A stretch of 64,000 nucleotides of DNA. It comes from an uncultured Gemella sp. Its GTDB lineage: Bacteria > Bacillota > Bacilli > Staphylococcales > Gemellaceae. The notes under the pieces are model-generated. The model searched no databases. It worked only from the letters and a program-made list of their open reading frames with translations, and had not been told where the DNA came from. Below are positions 29,161-39,123 of the stretch, in pieces; the first letter of the stretch is position 1; each line of letters begins with the position of its first letter. A program made the position numbers and the translations under genes. The stretch is from positions 350 through 64,349 of the forward strand of contig CAURKK010000003.1 in NCBI GenBank assembly GCA_963525505.1, in the 5' to 3' direction.

Positions 29161-30153
29161 TTAATTTTCTATTTTAATGTCATTCTCTTTTAGATAATCA
29201 GCTACAACTCTAGCCATATCATCTAATAAATCATCTAATTCTTCCCAGTTTTTTACCGTTGCTCCACTTGCTAATGGGTGACCTCCACCTGAATATTTTT
29301 CAGCTAAAGTATTTATAACAGGGCCCTTAGATCTAATACGAACACGTACTTTATTCCCCTCATCAATGGCAAAGCACCACGCATAAAGACCTTGTAAGCT
29401 TCTTAGTAAGTTTACCCCTGTAGATACTTCTCCAGGATCCACGCCATATTTATCCATGTCTTCTTTCGTAATTTTTAGATATGCGACACCATCTTGATAA
29501 ACATCATAATTTTCAAATATAAAAGCTCTAAATCTCATAATATTATCACTAATTATTTCCATTTTATCTAATAGTGCACTCATATTGAAATTATATTGAA
29601 TTAACTCCGAAGCAACTTTTAATGTGTCATTCGATGTATTAGGAAATAGAAATCTTCCTGTATCACCTACAATACCTAAGTATAATAATTTTGCCGCTTC
29701 ATCATTTAATTTGATTCCATAATTTTTATTTAAATACTTATAAAAATTATATATTAATTCACTACAAGATGAAACTTCAGTATCTACTAAATTTATATTC
29801 CCATAATTATCCAAAGGTGGATGATGATCAATTTTTATAAGAACATTATTCTTAGTGAACAATTTTCCATCTATTCGTGGAAAGTTAGCTGTGTCAGTAA
29901 CGATAACTAGAGTATCTTGGTAATCATCTTCAGTAACTTCTGAATTTTTAAACAAGAAATCTAATGATGGAGAATCTTTTCCTACAGTAAGTACTTTTTT
30001 CTCTGGGAAATTTTCCTTTATAAGTTGATACATAGCTCCTTGTGATCCGTATGCATCAGGATCCGGTCTTTCATGTCTATGTATAATAATTCTATCATTT
30101 TCTTTTATCTTTTGAAAAATTTCCTCATATAAGTTTTCGTAGTTTATATTCAT
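29161..30153 (-). CDS. nrnA: DHH-family nano-RNase/pAp phosphatase
   Basis: HERPDPDAYGSQ, IDHH, GDTGRF, GGGHPLASG. Confidence 0.92.
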   Translation of the reverse strand: MNINYENLYEEIFQKIKENDRIIIHRHERPDPDAYGSQGAMYQLIKENFPEKKVLTVGKDSPSLDFLFKNSEVTEDDYQDTLVIVTDTANFPRIDGKLFTKNNVLIKIDHHPPLDNYGNINLVDTEVSSCSELIYNFYKYLNKNYGIKLNDEAAKLLYLGIVGDTGRFLFPNTSNDTLKVASELIQYNFNMSALLDKMEIISDNIMRFRAFIFENYDVYQDGVAYLKITKEDMDKYGVDPGEVSTGVNLLRSLQGLYAWCFAIDEGNKVRVRIRSKGPVINTLAEKYSGGGHPLASGATVKNWEELDDLLDDMARVVADYLKENDIKIEN

Positions 30154-30169
30154 TTAATTTCTTCTTTCT

Positions 30170-31477
30170 TTAGTTTCTTTGGAATACTTGACAAGTTACC
30201 ATAGCTTTCGCCACTAACTCTGTCTTATCATATACTTCAACATCAAATTTAGCTGTTTTACGACCAATATCTAAAATATTTACTTTCGTTGTAATAGTTC
30301 TATCTAATGGAACTGATTTTAAGAAATATAATGAAGTATTTTGCATAAGAACTTCACTTCTGTTGTAATTATAACTTGTAATATGAATAGATTCATCAAT
30401 TATACTTAATAGCGCTGAACTAGAAAATGTACCAAATTGATCTAACATTTGAGGAATAACTTTCACTTGCAGTCCATCAGCTCTTGGCACTATTCCTTTA
30501 CGCATAATTTCATCGAAAGTATCATTATTATGACCTTCTTGGAATCTATTATTCGTTAATAATGAATTTATAACAAGTTTTCTAGTAACTACCCCTAGTA
30601 AAGTGTTTTTAGCATCAATTACCGGCATTAATTCATAACCTTCAGATAACATTGTATTAGCTACAGATGATATCGGCGTATCTAATGTTGTAGTAGCAAC
30701 TTTTCTTTCCATTACTTCTTTAATTAATGCATCTTTATCTTGTAAAAATACATCACGAGCAGTAACAATACCTACTAGTTTACCATATTCATTGATTACA
30801 GGATATCTAGTATGTCCTACTTCCAATTGTAAATCATACCAATCTTTCACAGTATTATTTAAATTAATCGTAAATAGATTTTCTACTTTCATATAAATAC
30901 TTTCAACTGTAATTATATCTCTTTTAATAATTTGGTCATTTGTAACACGATTTATCAAGTGAGTAACTGAGAAAGTATCATGCGGCGTAATAATTAAAGG
31001 TAAATTCTTACTATCAGCCAATGCTTTTATCGCATCATTAGGAACATAACCACCAGTAACTAAAATAGCGCATTCTTTCTCCAATGACATTTCTATAATT
31101 TTAGGACGATTACCTATAATTAAAAGCGTCCCTTTTCTAATATGCTGATTAACTTGTTCTGAATCCATTGCCCCAATAGCAAAATCCTGAACAATCTCAT
31201 GAACTCCACCGCGACCTGCGATTAATTGACCACTAACAATATTTACAATTTCAGAATACGATAATTTTTCTACATTATCTCTTTCTTTTTTCTGAATTCT
31301 TACCGTTCCAACACGTTCAATAGATGAAACAAAACCACGATTTTCTGATTCTTTTATCGCACGATATGCAGTTCCTTCACTGACTTTTAATTCTTTTGCA
31401 ACTTGACGTACTGAAATTTTACTTCCAATTGGTAAGCTCTTAATATATTCTAATATTTTTTGGTGCTTTGATTTCAT
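30170..31477 (-). CDS. HTH-DRTGG-CBS-HotDog protein (YtoI/SpxR family)
   Basis: ISVRQVAKELKVSEGTAYRAIK, CBS pair, thioesterase-like C-terminus. Confidence 0.88.
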   Translation of the reverse strand: MKSKHQKILEYIKSLPIGSKISVRQVAKELKVSEGTAYRAIKESENRGFVSSIERVGTVRIQKKERDNVEKLSYSEIVNIVSGQLIAGRGGVHEIVQDFAIGAMDSEQVNQHIRKGTLLIIGNRPKIIEMSLEKECAILVTGGYVPNDAIKALADSKNLPLIITPHDTFSVTHLINRVTNDQIIKRDIITVESIYMKVENLFTINLNNTVKDWYDLQLEVGHTRYPVINEYGKLVGIVTARDVFLQDKDALIKEVMERKVATTTLDTPISSVANTMLSEGYELMPVIDAKNTLLGVVTRKLVINSLLTNNRFQEGHNNDTFDEIMRKGIVPRADGLQVKVIPQMLDQFGTFSSSALLSIIDESIHITSYNYNRSEVLMQNTSLYFLKSVPLDRTITTKVNILDIGRKTAKFDVEVYDKTELVAKAMVTCQVFQRN

Positions 31478-31748
31478 TATTTTTCCTCCTTAAATTTTTA
31501 TTATAATACAAACATCTTATTTGTAACACATTCTCTACATATGTAATTATATACTTTTTATAGAACTATTTCAAGATAAAAAAGATGAAAGATAAGTTAA
31601 TTTACTTATCTTTCATCGATTTTTTGTATTATTTTTAAAACAGCATTCTTTGATATAGGAAACTTAAAATCTTTCAACAAATTCACTGATACAGTTAGTT
31701 TATGATTTTTTTACTATAACAATTATTAATAATTTTTACTGTAATATT

Positions 31749-33131
31749 TTACAATTTTCTCCCTGCTGGCATTTTCTTAGCATAACCCTCTTTGTTTTCT
31801 TGTTTCACTCGAGCGATAACTAAAGTATCATCAGGAGCATCTTCTGTTACAGTAGTTCCTGCAGCAACAACAGCTCCGTCTCCAATTTCAAGTGGTGCTA
31901 TTAGGTTTGAATTACATCCTATAAATGCATCACTACCGATTTTTGTCTTATATTTATTTTTCCCATCGTAGTTAACTGTGATTGTTCCACACCCTATATT
32001 AGTGTTACTACCTACTTCTGTATCTCCTAAATAACTTAGATGAGCAGTTTTTGAACCATCTCCGTATGTAGTATTTTTCAATTCAACAAAGTTACCAACC
32101 CTTACATTTTTTCCTAAATCACAATTATTTCTAATATGTGAGTAAGGCCCTACACTTGTGTTATCACCAATTTTAGAGTCTCTTATTGTTGAAGAAAGTA
32201 CTTTTACCCCATTTCCTATTTGTACATTTTCTAAATATGAATTAGGTTTAATTTGACAATCTTCTCCAATTACTGTATTTGATTTAATTGTAACATTCGG
32301 ATAAATTGTTGTATCACGACCGATAATTGCATTAGGGGCAATATAGGTATTTGTAGGATCAACTAAAGTTACTCCTGCTAACATGTGTTTCGTATTTATT
32401 CTATTTCTCATTACATTTTCAGCATAAGCTAACGCTACCCTGTCATTAACACCGAAAGTTTCATCAAAATCATCACAAAGATACGTTTCAATTATTTCTT
32501 TTTGCTCACGAATTAAACCAAGAACATCTGGAAGATAATATTCACCTTGATTATTATCATTTTTTACTTTTTCTAGCATTTCAAATAACAGTTTATTGTC
32601 AAAACAGTAAATACCTGAATTGATTTCTTTGATTTTTCTCTCTTGTTCTGTAGCATCTTTTTCTTCTACTATCTTCACTAATTTTCCATTTACATCACGT
32701 ATAATACGCCCATATGCAAACGGATCATCTGCAATTGCAGTTAACACAGTCGCCTTAGCATTGCTATTTTCATGGTGGTCTAACATACTATTGATTGTTT
32801 CAGGTCTAATTAAAGGAGTATCACCATACATAACTATAGTAGTTCCCTCTTTATCTTTAAGTTCATCTTTTGCTACTTTAACAGCATGGGCAGTACCTAG
32901 TTGTTCTGCTTGAAGAACAAACTTAGTTCTATCTCCTAGCACCTCTTTTACCCTCTCTGCTCCATGTCCAACTACAGTGATTACTTCTTGCATTTCTAAA
33001 TCACTAAGACTATCCAATACAAGCTCAACCATAGTTCTGTCACACACTTTATGCAAAACTTTATATAATTTAGATTGCATTCTAGTTCCTTTTCCAGCTG
33101 CTAATATTACTGCATATCTATTGTTACTCAT
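31749..33131 (-). CDS. glmU: Bifunctional UDP-GlcNAc pyrophosphorylase / acetyltransferase
   Basis: LAAGKGTRM, hexapeptide repeats, HLSYLGD. Confidence 0.97.
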   Translation of the reverse strand: MSNNRYAVILAAGKGTRMQSKLYKVLHKVCDRTMVELVLDSLSDLEMQEVITVVGHGAERVKEVLGDRTKFVLQAEQLGTAHAVKVAKDELKDKEGTTIVMYGDTPLIRPETINSMLDHHENSNAKATVLTAIADDPFAYGRIIRDVNGKLVKIVEEKDATEQERKIKEINSGIYCFDNKLLFEMLEKVKNDNNQGEYYLPDVLGLIREQKEIIETYLCDDFDETFGVNDRVALAYAENVMRNRINTKHMLAGVTLVDPTNTYIAPNAIIGRDTTIYPNVTIKSNTVIGEDCQIKPNSYLENVQIGNGVKVLSSTIRDSKIGDNTSVGPYSHIRNNCDLGKNVRVGNFVELKNTTYGDGSKTAHLSYLGDTEVGSNTNIGCGTITVNYDGKNKYKTKIGSDAFIGCNSNLIAPLEIGDGAVVAAGTTVTEDAPDDTLVIARVKQENKEGYAKKMPAGRKL

Positions 33132-33978
33132 TTTCAACATCCTCTTTTTCTACTTGACGTAATTTTTCTATAACATTCCCTAATTTAACATCGAAAGTTC
33201 CATTAAATTCATCAATATTTTCTATTTTCGATAAATACAGATAATCATCTTCGTGTTCTCTTGAAGAATCGAAACATTGTGTAATTATTACTTTACCTAC
33301 TACATCAACATCAAATTCATTCATTAGACTTTCCATACCTGTTAAAACTCCTCCACCACGCATGAAGTCATCTACTAATAATACTTTTGAACCAGTGTTT
33401 AAGCTTCTTTTTGATAGAATCATTGTTTCAATTTTCTTTGTAGATCCTGAAACATAGTTTATTGCAACTGTAGTCCCCTCTGTAACCTTATTATCTCTTC
33501 TAATGATAATTACTGGTTTATTTAAAATCGATGCTATCGCATAAGCAACCGGAATTCCTTTTGTCGCGACTGTTACCACAGCATCTACTTCTTTGTTTTT
33601 ATAGACTGTCGCTACTACTCGCGCTAACTTATTCATCAGACTAGGATCTCCTATAATATCTGACATAAAAATATATCCACCTGCCAATAAACGATTACCG
33701 CCGCTAATTTTTTCTAAAAAACCATCAAGAATCTCTTTTGCATCTTCTTCTACTAAAGTTGGTGTAAAAATCACTCCCCCACTCACTCCAGCTAAAGTTC
33801 TAACTTCTCCAATATTTTCTTCTTTAAAACCATTTTTTATTATGTGTATATCCTCACTAATTGAAGATTTAGCTTGATTAAATTTTGAAACGAAATATGT
33901 TAATGGAATCAATTTATTCGGATTCTTTAATAAATATTCCGTCATAACTACTATTCTTTCACTTCTCTTTAATTTCAT
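33124..33978 (-). CDS. purR: Pur operon repressor
   Basis: MKLKRSER, AKSSISED, PRPP motif VDDFMRGGG. Confidence 0.95.
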   Translation of the reverse strand: MKLKRSERIVVMTEYLLKNPNKLIPLTYFVSKFNQAKSSISEDIHIIKNGFKEENIGEVRTLAGVSGGVIFTPTLVEEDAKEILDGFLEKISGGNRLLAGGYIFMSDIIGDPSLMNKLARVVATVYKNKEVDAVVTVATKGIPVAYAIASILNKPVIIIRRDNKVTEGTTVAINYVSGSTKKIETMILSKRSLNTGSKVLLVDDFMRGGGVLTGMESLMNEFDVDVVGKVIITQCFDSSREHEDDYLYLSKIENIDEFNGTFDVKLGNVIEKLRQVEKEDVENE

Positions 33979-34036
33979 CTTATACTCCTTGCATAGTATA
34001 TTGGGTATCTTAAGATACTATATACATTTTATTATA

Positions 34037-34083
34037 TTTATTCGTATATTATATGTATATAATACCACTATTGTTCGGAATAG
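34037..34083 (-). promoter_or_regulatory. Putative PurBox site(s) upstream of purR
   Basis: Minus strand ATTCCGAACAAT (34070-34081) and weaker ATACGAATAA resemble PurBox AWWWCCGAACWWT. Confidence 0.45.
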
Positions 34084-34191
34084 TAAAGATATACTAAGAA
34101 TTTTTAAGTAGATTTTAACTATTGTTAGATTTAATCACAACAGATAAAAAAAGAAGAGACAGCATTTCCAACTATCTCTTCTTTATTTTTC

Positions 34192-35493
34192 TTATTTTTC
34201 TTTCCAAACTTCTAAAGTTCGTATTTGATTTTCTTCTACTTTTCTAACCACGAACGTTAATTTATCTATTGAATATACTGCTCCAACTTTAGCTTCATAT
34301 TTTACTAAATAAACATAAGCACCAATTGTATCTACTTCTTCGTGCGGAAGTTGGACATGGAATAATGCATTAACATCTTGAATAGGAACCCATCCGTCAA
34401 TTAAATAATGTCCATTTTTAAGTTTTTTAACTAAACTTTGCTCATCTTCATCAAACTCATCACGAATTTCACCGGTGATTTCTTCAACAATATCTTCTAA
34501 TGTAACTACTCCACTAGTTCCTCCATACTCATCAGTAATAACTATCATATGTTCTCTATTTTGTTTTATAGTCGCTAATACTTGTGAAATAGGTGTGTGT
34601 TCAAATATTTTGATTGCCGGTGTAATATATTCTTCTAAATCTTTTGTAGTTTCAAGAGGTTTATCTGCAAATAACAGTTTTTTCACATTTAATATACCTA
34701 GAATTTGATCCTTATCACCATCTTCGATTACCGGATACCTCGTATATTCCTCTTGTTTTAATTGTCTCATGATAATTGCTAAGGAGTCACTCATATCTAT
34801 AGCTTCTACCTCTGTTCTAGGAGTCATGATTTCTTTAGCAATTTTATTATCAAATTCAAATACTCTTTCTACATAACGATACTCTACATCGTTAATTTGA
34901 CCGTGCGCTCTTGAAGATTTCATAATTGTTCTTAGTTCTTGTTCGCTATGAATATCATCATATTCAGAAGCTGGTTCAAATCCAAACATTTTCGCTATAA
35001 CGTTTGCTAGTGAATTAAGCAACCAAACTAATGGTCGCATTACTTTATCAAACATATACATTGGCCAAGCAACTCGTAAACATGTTTTCTCTGCCGATTG
35101 AATAGCTATTGTTTTAGGGACTAATTCTCCTAATACAACGTGTAAAAGTGTCATAAATCCAAATGCCACTACTAAAGATACGGTATGTGTTATAGCATCA
35201 TTTAAATTTAATAATTTAAATATTGGATTAAACATTGAATGGAACGTTGATTCCCCAATCCAACCTAACCCTAAAGAAACAATCGTTATACCTAACTGTG
35301 TTGCAGATAGATAATGATCTAGTTGTTCTACCATTACAACCAAAATTTTTGCTGTCTTATTTCCTGATTCTACTAATTCATTTACCCTTGTAGGTCTAAG
35401 CTTAACAAGAGCAAATTCAAACATTACAAATATTGCCGAGGCAATAAGTAGTAATACTATTATTAATATTTTAATTAAGATACTGAGATCCAT
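34192..35493 (-). CDS. HlyC/CorC (CNNM-CBS) family protein
   Basis: EFALV, QLGIT, GELVPK, CBS, GEIRDEFD. Confidence 0.9.
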   Translation of the reverse strand: MDLSILIKILIIVLLLIASAIFVMFEFALVKLRPTRVNELVESGNKTAKILVVMVEQLDHYLSATQLGITIVSLGLGWIGESTFHSMFNPIFKLLNLNDAITHTVSLVVAFGFMTLLHVVLGELVPKTIAIQSAEKTCLRVAWPMYMFDKVMRPLVWLLNSLANVIAKMFGFEPASEYDDIHSEQELRTIMKSSRAHGQINDVEYRYVERVFEFDNKIAKEIMTPRTEVEAIDMSDSLAIIMRQLKQEEYTRYPVIEDGDKDQILGILNVKKLLFADKPLETTKDLEEYITPAIKIFEHTPISQVLATIKQNREHMIVITDEYGGTSGVVTLEDIVEEITGEIRDEFDEDEQSLVKKLKNGHYLIDGWVPIQDVNALFHVQLPHEEVDTIGAYVYLVKYEAKVGAVYSIDKLTFVVRKVEENQIRTLEVWKEK

Positions 35494-35693
35494 ATGGTTT
35501 TAATTTAACCTCTTTCCTTATTTTTTAGTCGTTAATAAATAATTTTACTACATATAAACTTTTTTTTCAATTATTATACTACCTACAAGTTTTATAGTTT
35601 CTTCCAATCTATTAGTAATTCATATTGATGGATATTTTTTCTTTCGAGTGATACTATATTAAGTAATTGAAAACGCTAAAATAGGAGATTTTA

Positions 35694-36620
35694 ATGAATA
35701 GCGCAAATAAGTTCCAAAATTTTTGGTCGAAAAAAATAAACTATATAAATAACCTTCAAATTAACTACAATTTGAAAAAAACTCCATTTTCAAAATTTGA
35801 AAATATAGAATTTTATAATTTAACTTTTACTAGCTTTGATAACTCAACAATATACGCTAAATATATAAAAAATATAAAGTATAGAACACTATATCCAAAC
35901 AAACCTATTCCTATACTTTTCTATTTCCACGGCTATCCCGCTTCTAGTAGAAACTGGTTAGAAAAGTCTACCTTCGCTTCTCTTGGATACGATGTAGTTG
36001 CTATAGATTTTAGAAATCAAGGAGGATTAAGTAAAGACAAAAGTAATTCTTCTCCTTCAGTTTTTGGGCATCTTACAATAGGTCTAGACGAAAATATAGA
36101 AGATATGATATTTTACAAAAATATTTTAGATACTCTTATTCTTGCTAGAATAGTTACCTCATTTGATGACATCGATTCTCAAAATATCGCTAGCTATGGT
36201 GCTTCTCAAGGTGGAGCTTTTTCTATAATGTTTGCTGCATTAAACAAAAATGTTACAAAATGCATAAGTTTATATCCTTTTCTTTCCGATTTCCAAACAT
36301 TCTATGAAAATGATAATAGAAACAATGCATACGCAGAATTTGCTCATCATGGAAGATGGTTTAATACTAAAGGAGAAAACACCAAATCTTTCTTAAATAA
36401 TCTTTATTATCTCGATACTTTGAATTTCGCTAAACTACTTAAATGTAATATCTTATTTGGGATTGCTAATCTCGATGAAGACTGTCCAAAAGAAACTCAA
36501 GAAAAAGTGTTTAACAATATTGAAAGTAAAAAGAAAGCTTGCATTTATAAAAAATACTATCATGAGAACATCCCACATTTTAATGATGAAGTATTCAACT
36601 TTTTACTTGAAGAAAAATAG
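35694..36620 (+). CDS. Acetylxylan esterase / cephalosporin deacetylase family (CE7)
   Basis: FHGY, RNQGG, GASQGG nucleophile elbow, PFLSD. Confidence 0.85.
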   Translation: MNSANKFQNFWSKKINYINNLQINYNLKKTPFSKFENIEFYNLTFTSFDNSTIYAKYIKNIKYRTLYPNKPIPILFYFHGYPASSRNWLEKSTFASLGYDVVAIDFRNQGGLSKDKSNSSPSVFGHLTIGLDENIEDMIFYKNILDTLILARIVTSFDDIDSQNIASYGASQGGAFSIMFAALNKNVTKCISLYPFLSDFQTFYENDNRNNAYAEFAHHGRWFNTKGENTKSFLNNLYYLDTLNFAKLLKCNILFGIANLDEDCPKETQEKVFNNIESKKKACIYKKYYHENIPHFNDEVFNFLLEEK

Positions 36621-36629
36621 GAGCTTTAA

Positions 36630-37457
36630 ATGAAATTAGAAAAATATAGAAAATTTGATTTTGCAGAAACTACACTAAATACACCTCATCCTTTTGCTAA
36701 ATATAAAAAAATAACTTTTCTAGGTACAGATAATTCAAAAATCGAGTTGGATCTTGTTATTCCTAATTCAAAAATTAAAGGAGTTATCGTCGATTTTCCT
36801 GAATATAAAGTTAAAAATAAAGACTATTTAAACTTGGCGAAATATTGTATGCTAGATTACGCGCTAATTTCTATGCATATTAGAGGTCAAGCTGGTAATA
36901 GTGAAAATAACACTCCTTGTTCTCATTTTCCATTTCTAGATTGTAACAACGAGATTCCCTACTATAATCTAGTATTTCAAGATGCATTAGATACTATCCA
37001 TATTACTGAGTTGATGTTTCCAAACAAGGATATAGTTACAACAGGCCTTGGACAAGGTGCTGCTATTAGTATAGTTTGCGCAAAGTTTTATGATACTATT
37101 AAAGAACTTTTCATTTCGGATTGTTCACTTTGCGATATTAAAAACACATATATTCAAAACAAAAAAAATCCAATATTTAAAAAGTTACATAATTTTGAAA
37201 TTGATCTACCAGAAAAAACTGACTATTTGTATACTGTCCTTGATTCAATCGATATACTTAATATAAGTGGCTCCATTACTCAAAAAGTTCACTATGCACT
37301 TTCATATCTAAGTCCTAAAACACCTCATTCTGCACAACTAAAATTAATTGATTCCCTTAATGATATAGAGGTTCAACACTACAAATTTTTAGATTACAAG
37401 AAAATATTTCAACATCAATTCGATGATTATATACTAGAAACACTCTCAAATAAATAA
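36630..37457 (+). CDS. Degenerate CE7-like alpha/beta hydrolase paralog
   Basis: IRGQAG conserved, but GLGQG in place of GxSQG. Confidence 0.65.
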   Translation: MKLEKYRKFDFAETTLNTPHPFAKYKKITFLGTDNSKIELDLVIPNSKIKGVIVDFPEYKVKNKDYLNLAKYCMLDYALISMHIRGQAGNSENNTPCSHFPFLDCNNEIPYYNLVFQDALDTIHITELMFPNKDIVTTGLGQGAAISIVCAKFYDTIKELFISDCSLCDIKNTYIQNKKNPIFKKLHNFEIDLPEKTDYLYTVLDSIDILNISGSITQKVHYALSYLSPKTPHSAQLKLIDSLNDIEVQHYKFLDYKKIFQHQFDDYILETLSNK

Positions 37458-37509
37458 AATGAATCGACAGTAGTCTTATCCACTGTCGATTCATTACTAT
37501 GTAATGCAA

Positions 37510-38769
37510 TTAGCTTAATTTACCTTTTAGCTTCATATTTTTAACAATTTTTTCTATAGAGTTTACATACGCAGCTTTTCTCATTGGGACATCGAATCTT
37601 TCTTTCACTTCCCAAATGTCATTAAATGCTTTCGTCATTACTCTTGCTTGTTTCTCAACTACTTCTTCTTCAGTCCAGTAGTATCCTTGTAAGTTTTGTA
37701 CCCATTCGAAGTAAGATACAGTTACACCACCACTATTTGCAAGAATGTCAGGTATTACAACAACACCTTTTTCTCGTAATGCTTTATCACCTTCTAATGT
37801 AGCAGGTCCATTAGCTCCTTCTGAAATTACAGGAGCTTTAATTAAACTTGCTTCCTTAGCATCGATAGCATTTTCTAAAGCACATGGACAAAGTACATCT
37901 ACATCTAATGCCCAGAATTCATCTAATGTTAAACGTTTTGTATTTGGTAATGTATGGAACCTAACTTTCTTATCTTTACATTCTTGAAGTTCAGCGTATG
38001 ATAATCCTTCTTCACGATAAACCGCATATTGAACACCATCATCATCACGTTCAGTTACTGCAACAACTGTTGCCCCAAATTTAACAGCAGTATCCACAGT
38101 GTAGCTTCCTACATTACCGAATCCTTGAACAGCGAATTTAGCACCTTGTGTAGATTTTCCTAATTTTTCTAATGCTAGTTTGGCAGCAAGTGCTACACCA
38201 TATCCTGTAGCTTGTGTTCTTCCTAATGAACCACCTAATTCTAATGGTTTACCTGTTAAAGTCCCAACACCTTGTTCTCCAGTAAGCACATTATATTCAT
38301 CAATCATCCAAGACATGATTTGACCATTTGTATTTACGTCTGGTGCAGGAACATCTTGTTTTTCACCTAGGTATTTGTATAATCCTCGAATATATCCTCT
38401 AGAAAGTCTTTCTAATTCACCTTTAGATAAATCTTTTGGATCTACAATAATACCACCTTTACCTCCACCATACGGAAGGTTAGCAACTGCACATTTAAAT
38501 GTCATCCAAATTGATAATGCTTTAACTTCATCTGCTGTTACAAGTGGATGGAATCTTAATCCACCTTTTGTAGGACCAATCGCATCGTTATGTTGCGAAC
38601 GGAATCCTTTAAAGTATTTTACCTCACCATTATCCATTCGAACCGGAATAGAAATCTCAATAAATCTTTGTGGATCTTTTAATGATTCATATACCTCTTC
38701 TTTATAACCTAATACTTCACAAGCACCTTTAATTTGTTCTCTTGCGTTAACCAATGGATTGTTATTCAT
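37510..38769 (-). CDS. gdhA: Glutamate dehydrogenase (Glu/Leu/Phe/Val family)
   Basis: GPTKGGLRF, GGGKGG, DVPAPD, QGFGNVG. Confidence 0.93.
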   Translation of the reverse strand: MNNNPLVNAREQIKGACEVLGYKEEVYESLKDPQRFIEISIPVRMDNGEVKYFKGFRSQHNDAIGPTKGGLRFHPLVTADEVKALSIWMTFKCAVANLPYGGGKGGIIVDPKDLSKGELERLSRGYIRGLYKYLGEKQDVPAPDVNTNGQIMSWMIDEYNVLTGEQGVGTLTGKPLELGGSLGRTQATGYGVALAAKLALEKLGKSTQGAKFAVQGFGNVGSYTVDTAVKFGATVVAVTERDDDGVQYAVYREEGLSYAELQECKDKKVRFHTLPNTKRLTLDEFWALDVDVLCPCALENAIDAKEASLIKAPVISEGANGPATLEGDKALREKGVVVIPDILANSGGVTVSYFEWVQNLQGYYWTEEEVVEKQARVMTKAFNDIWEVKERFDVPMRKAAYVNSIEKIVKNMKLKGKLS

Positions 38770-39123
38770 AACTACATCTCCTTAGAATGTTATTTTACAT
38801 TAATAATGTAATATTGTTTTAATTAATTATATCAAATACCACACCACTTTGTAAACTTTTATTTTTAAGAACCTTTTTAGATTTTTATATTTTTTTACGT
38901 AAACTATTTTCATTATTATTTTCAAAACAAAAAGTTAGTTTATCAACTATAATAATAGTTTTAAACTAACTTTTTTGAAAATGATGTTAATTTTTATTTA
39001 TTATTTCATAATATTTTTATAAGTTATTTAAGTTGTAATATATTTGAAATTAAAAGAAAAGTGATTAATTTTAACTTTTATTTATTATTAATTTTCTGAT
39101 TTCTACTTGAGTTTTCTGAAAAT

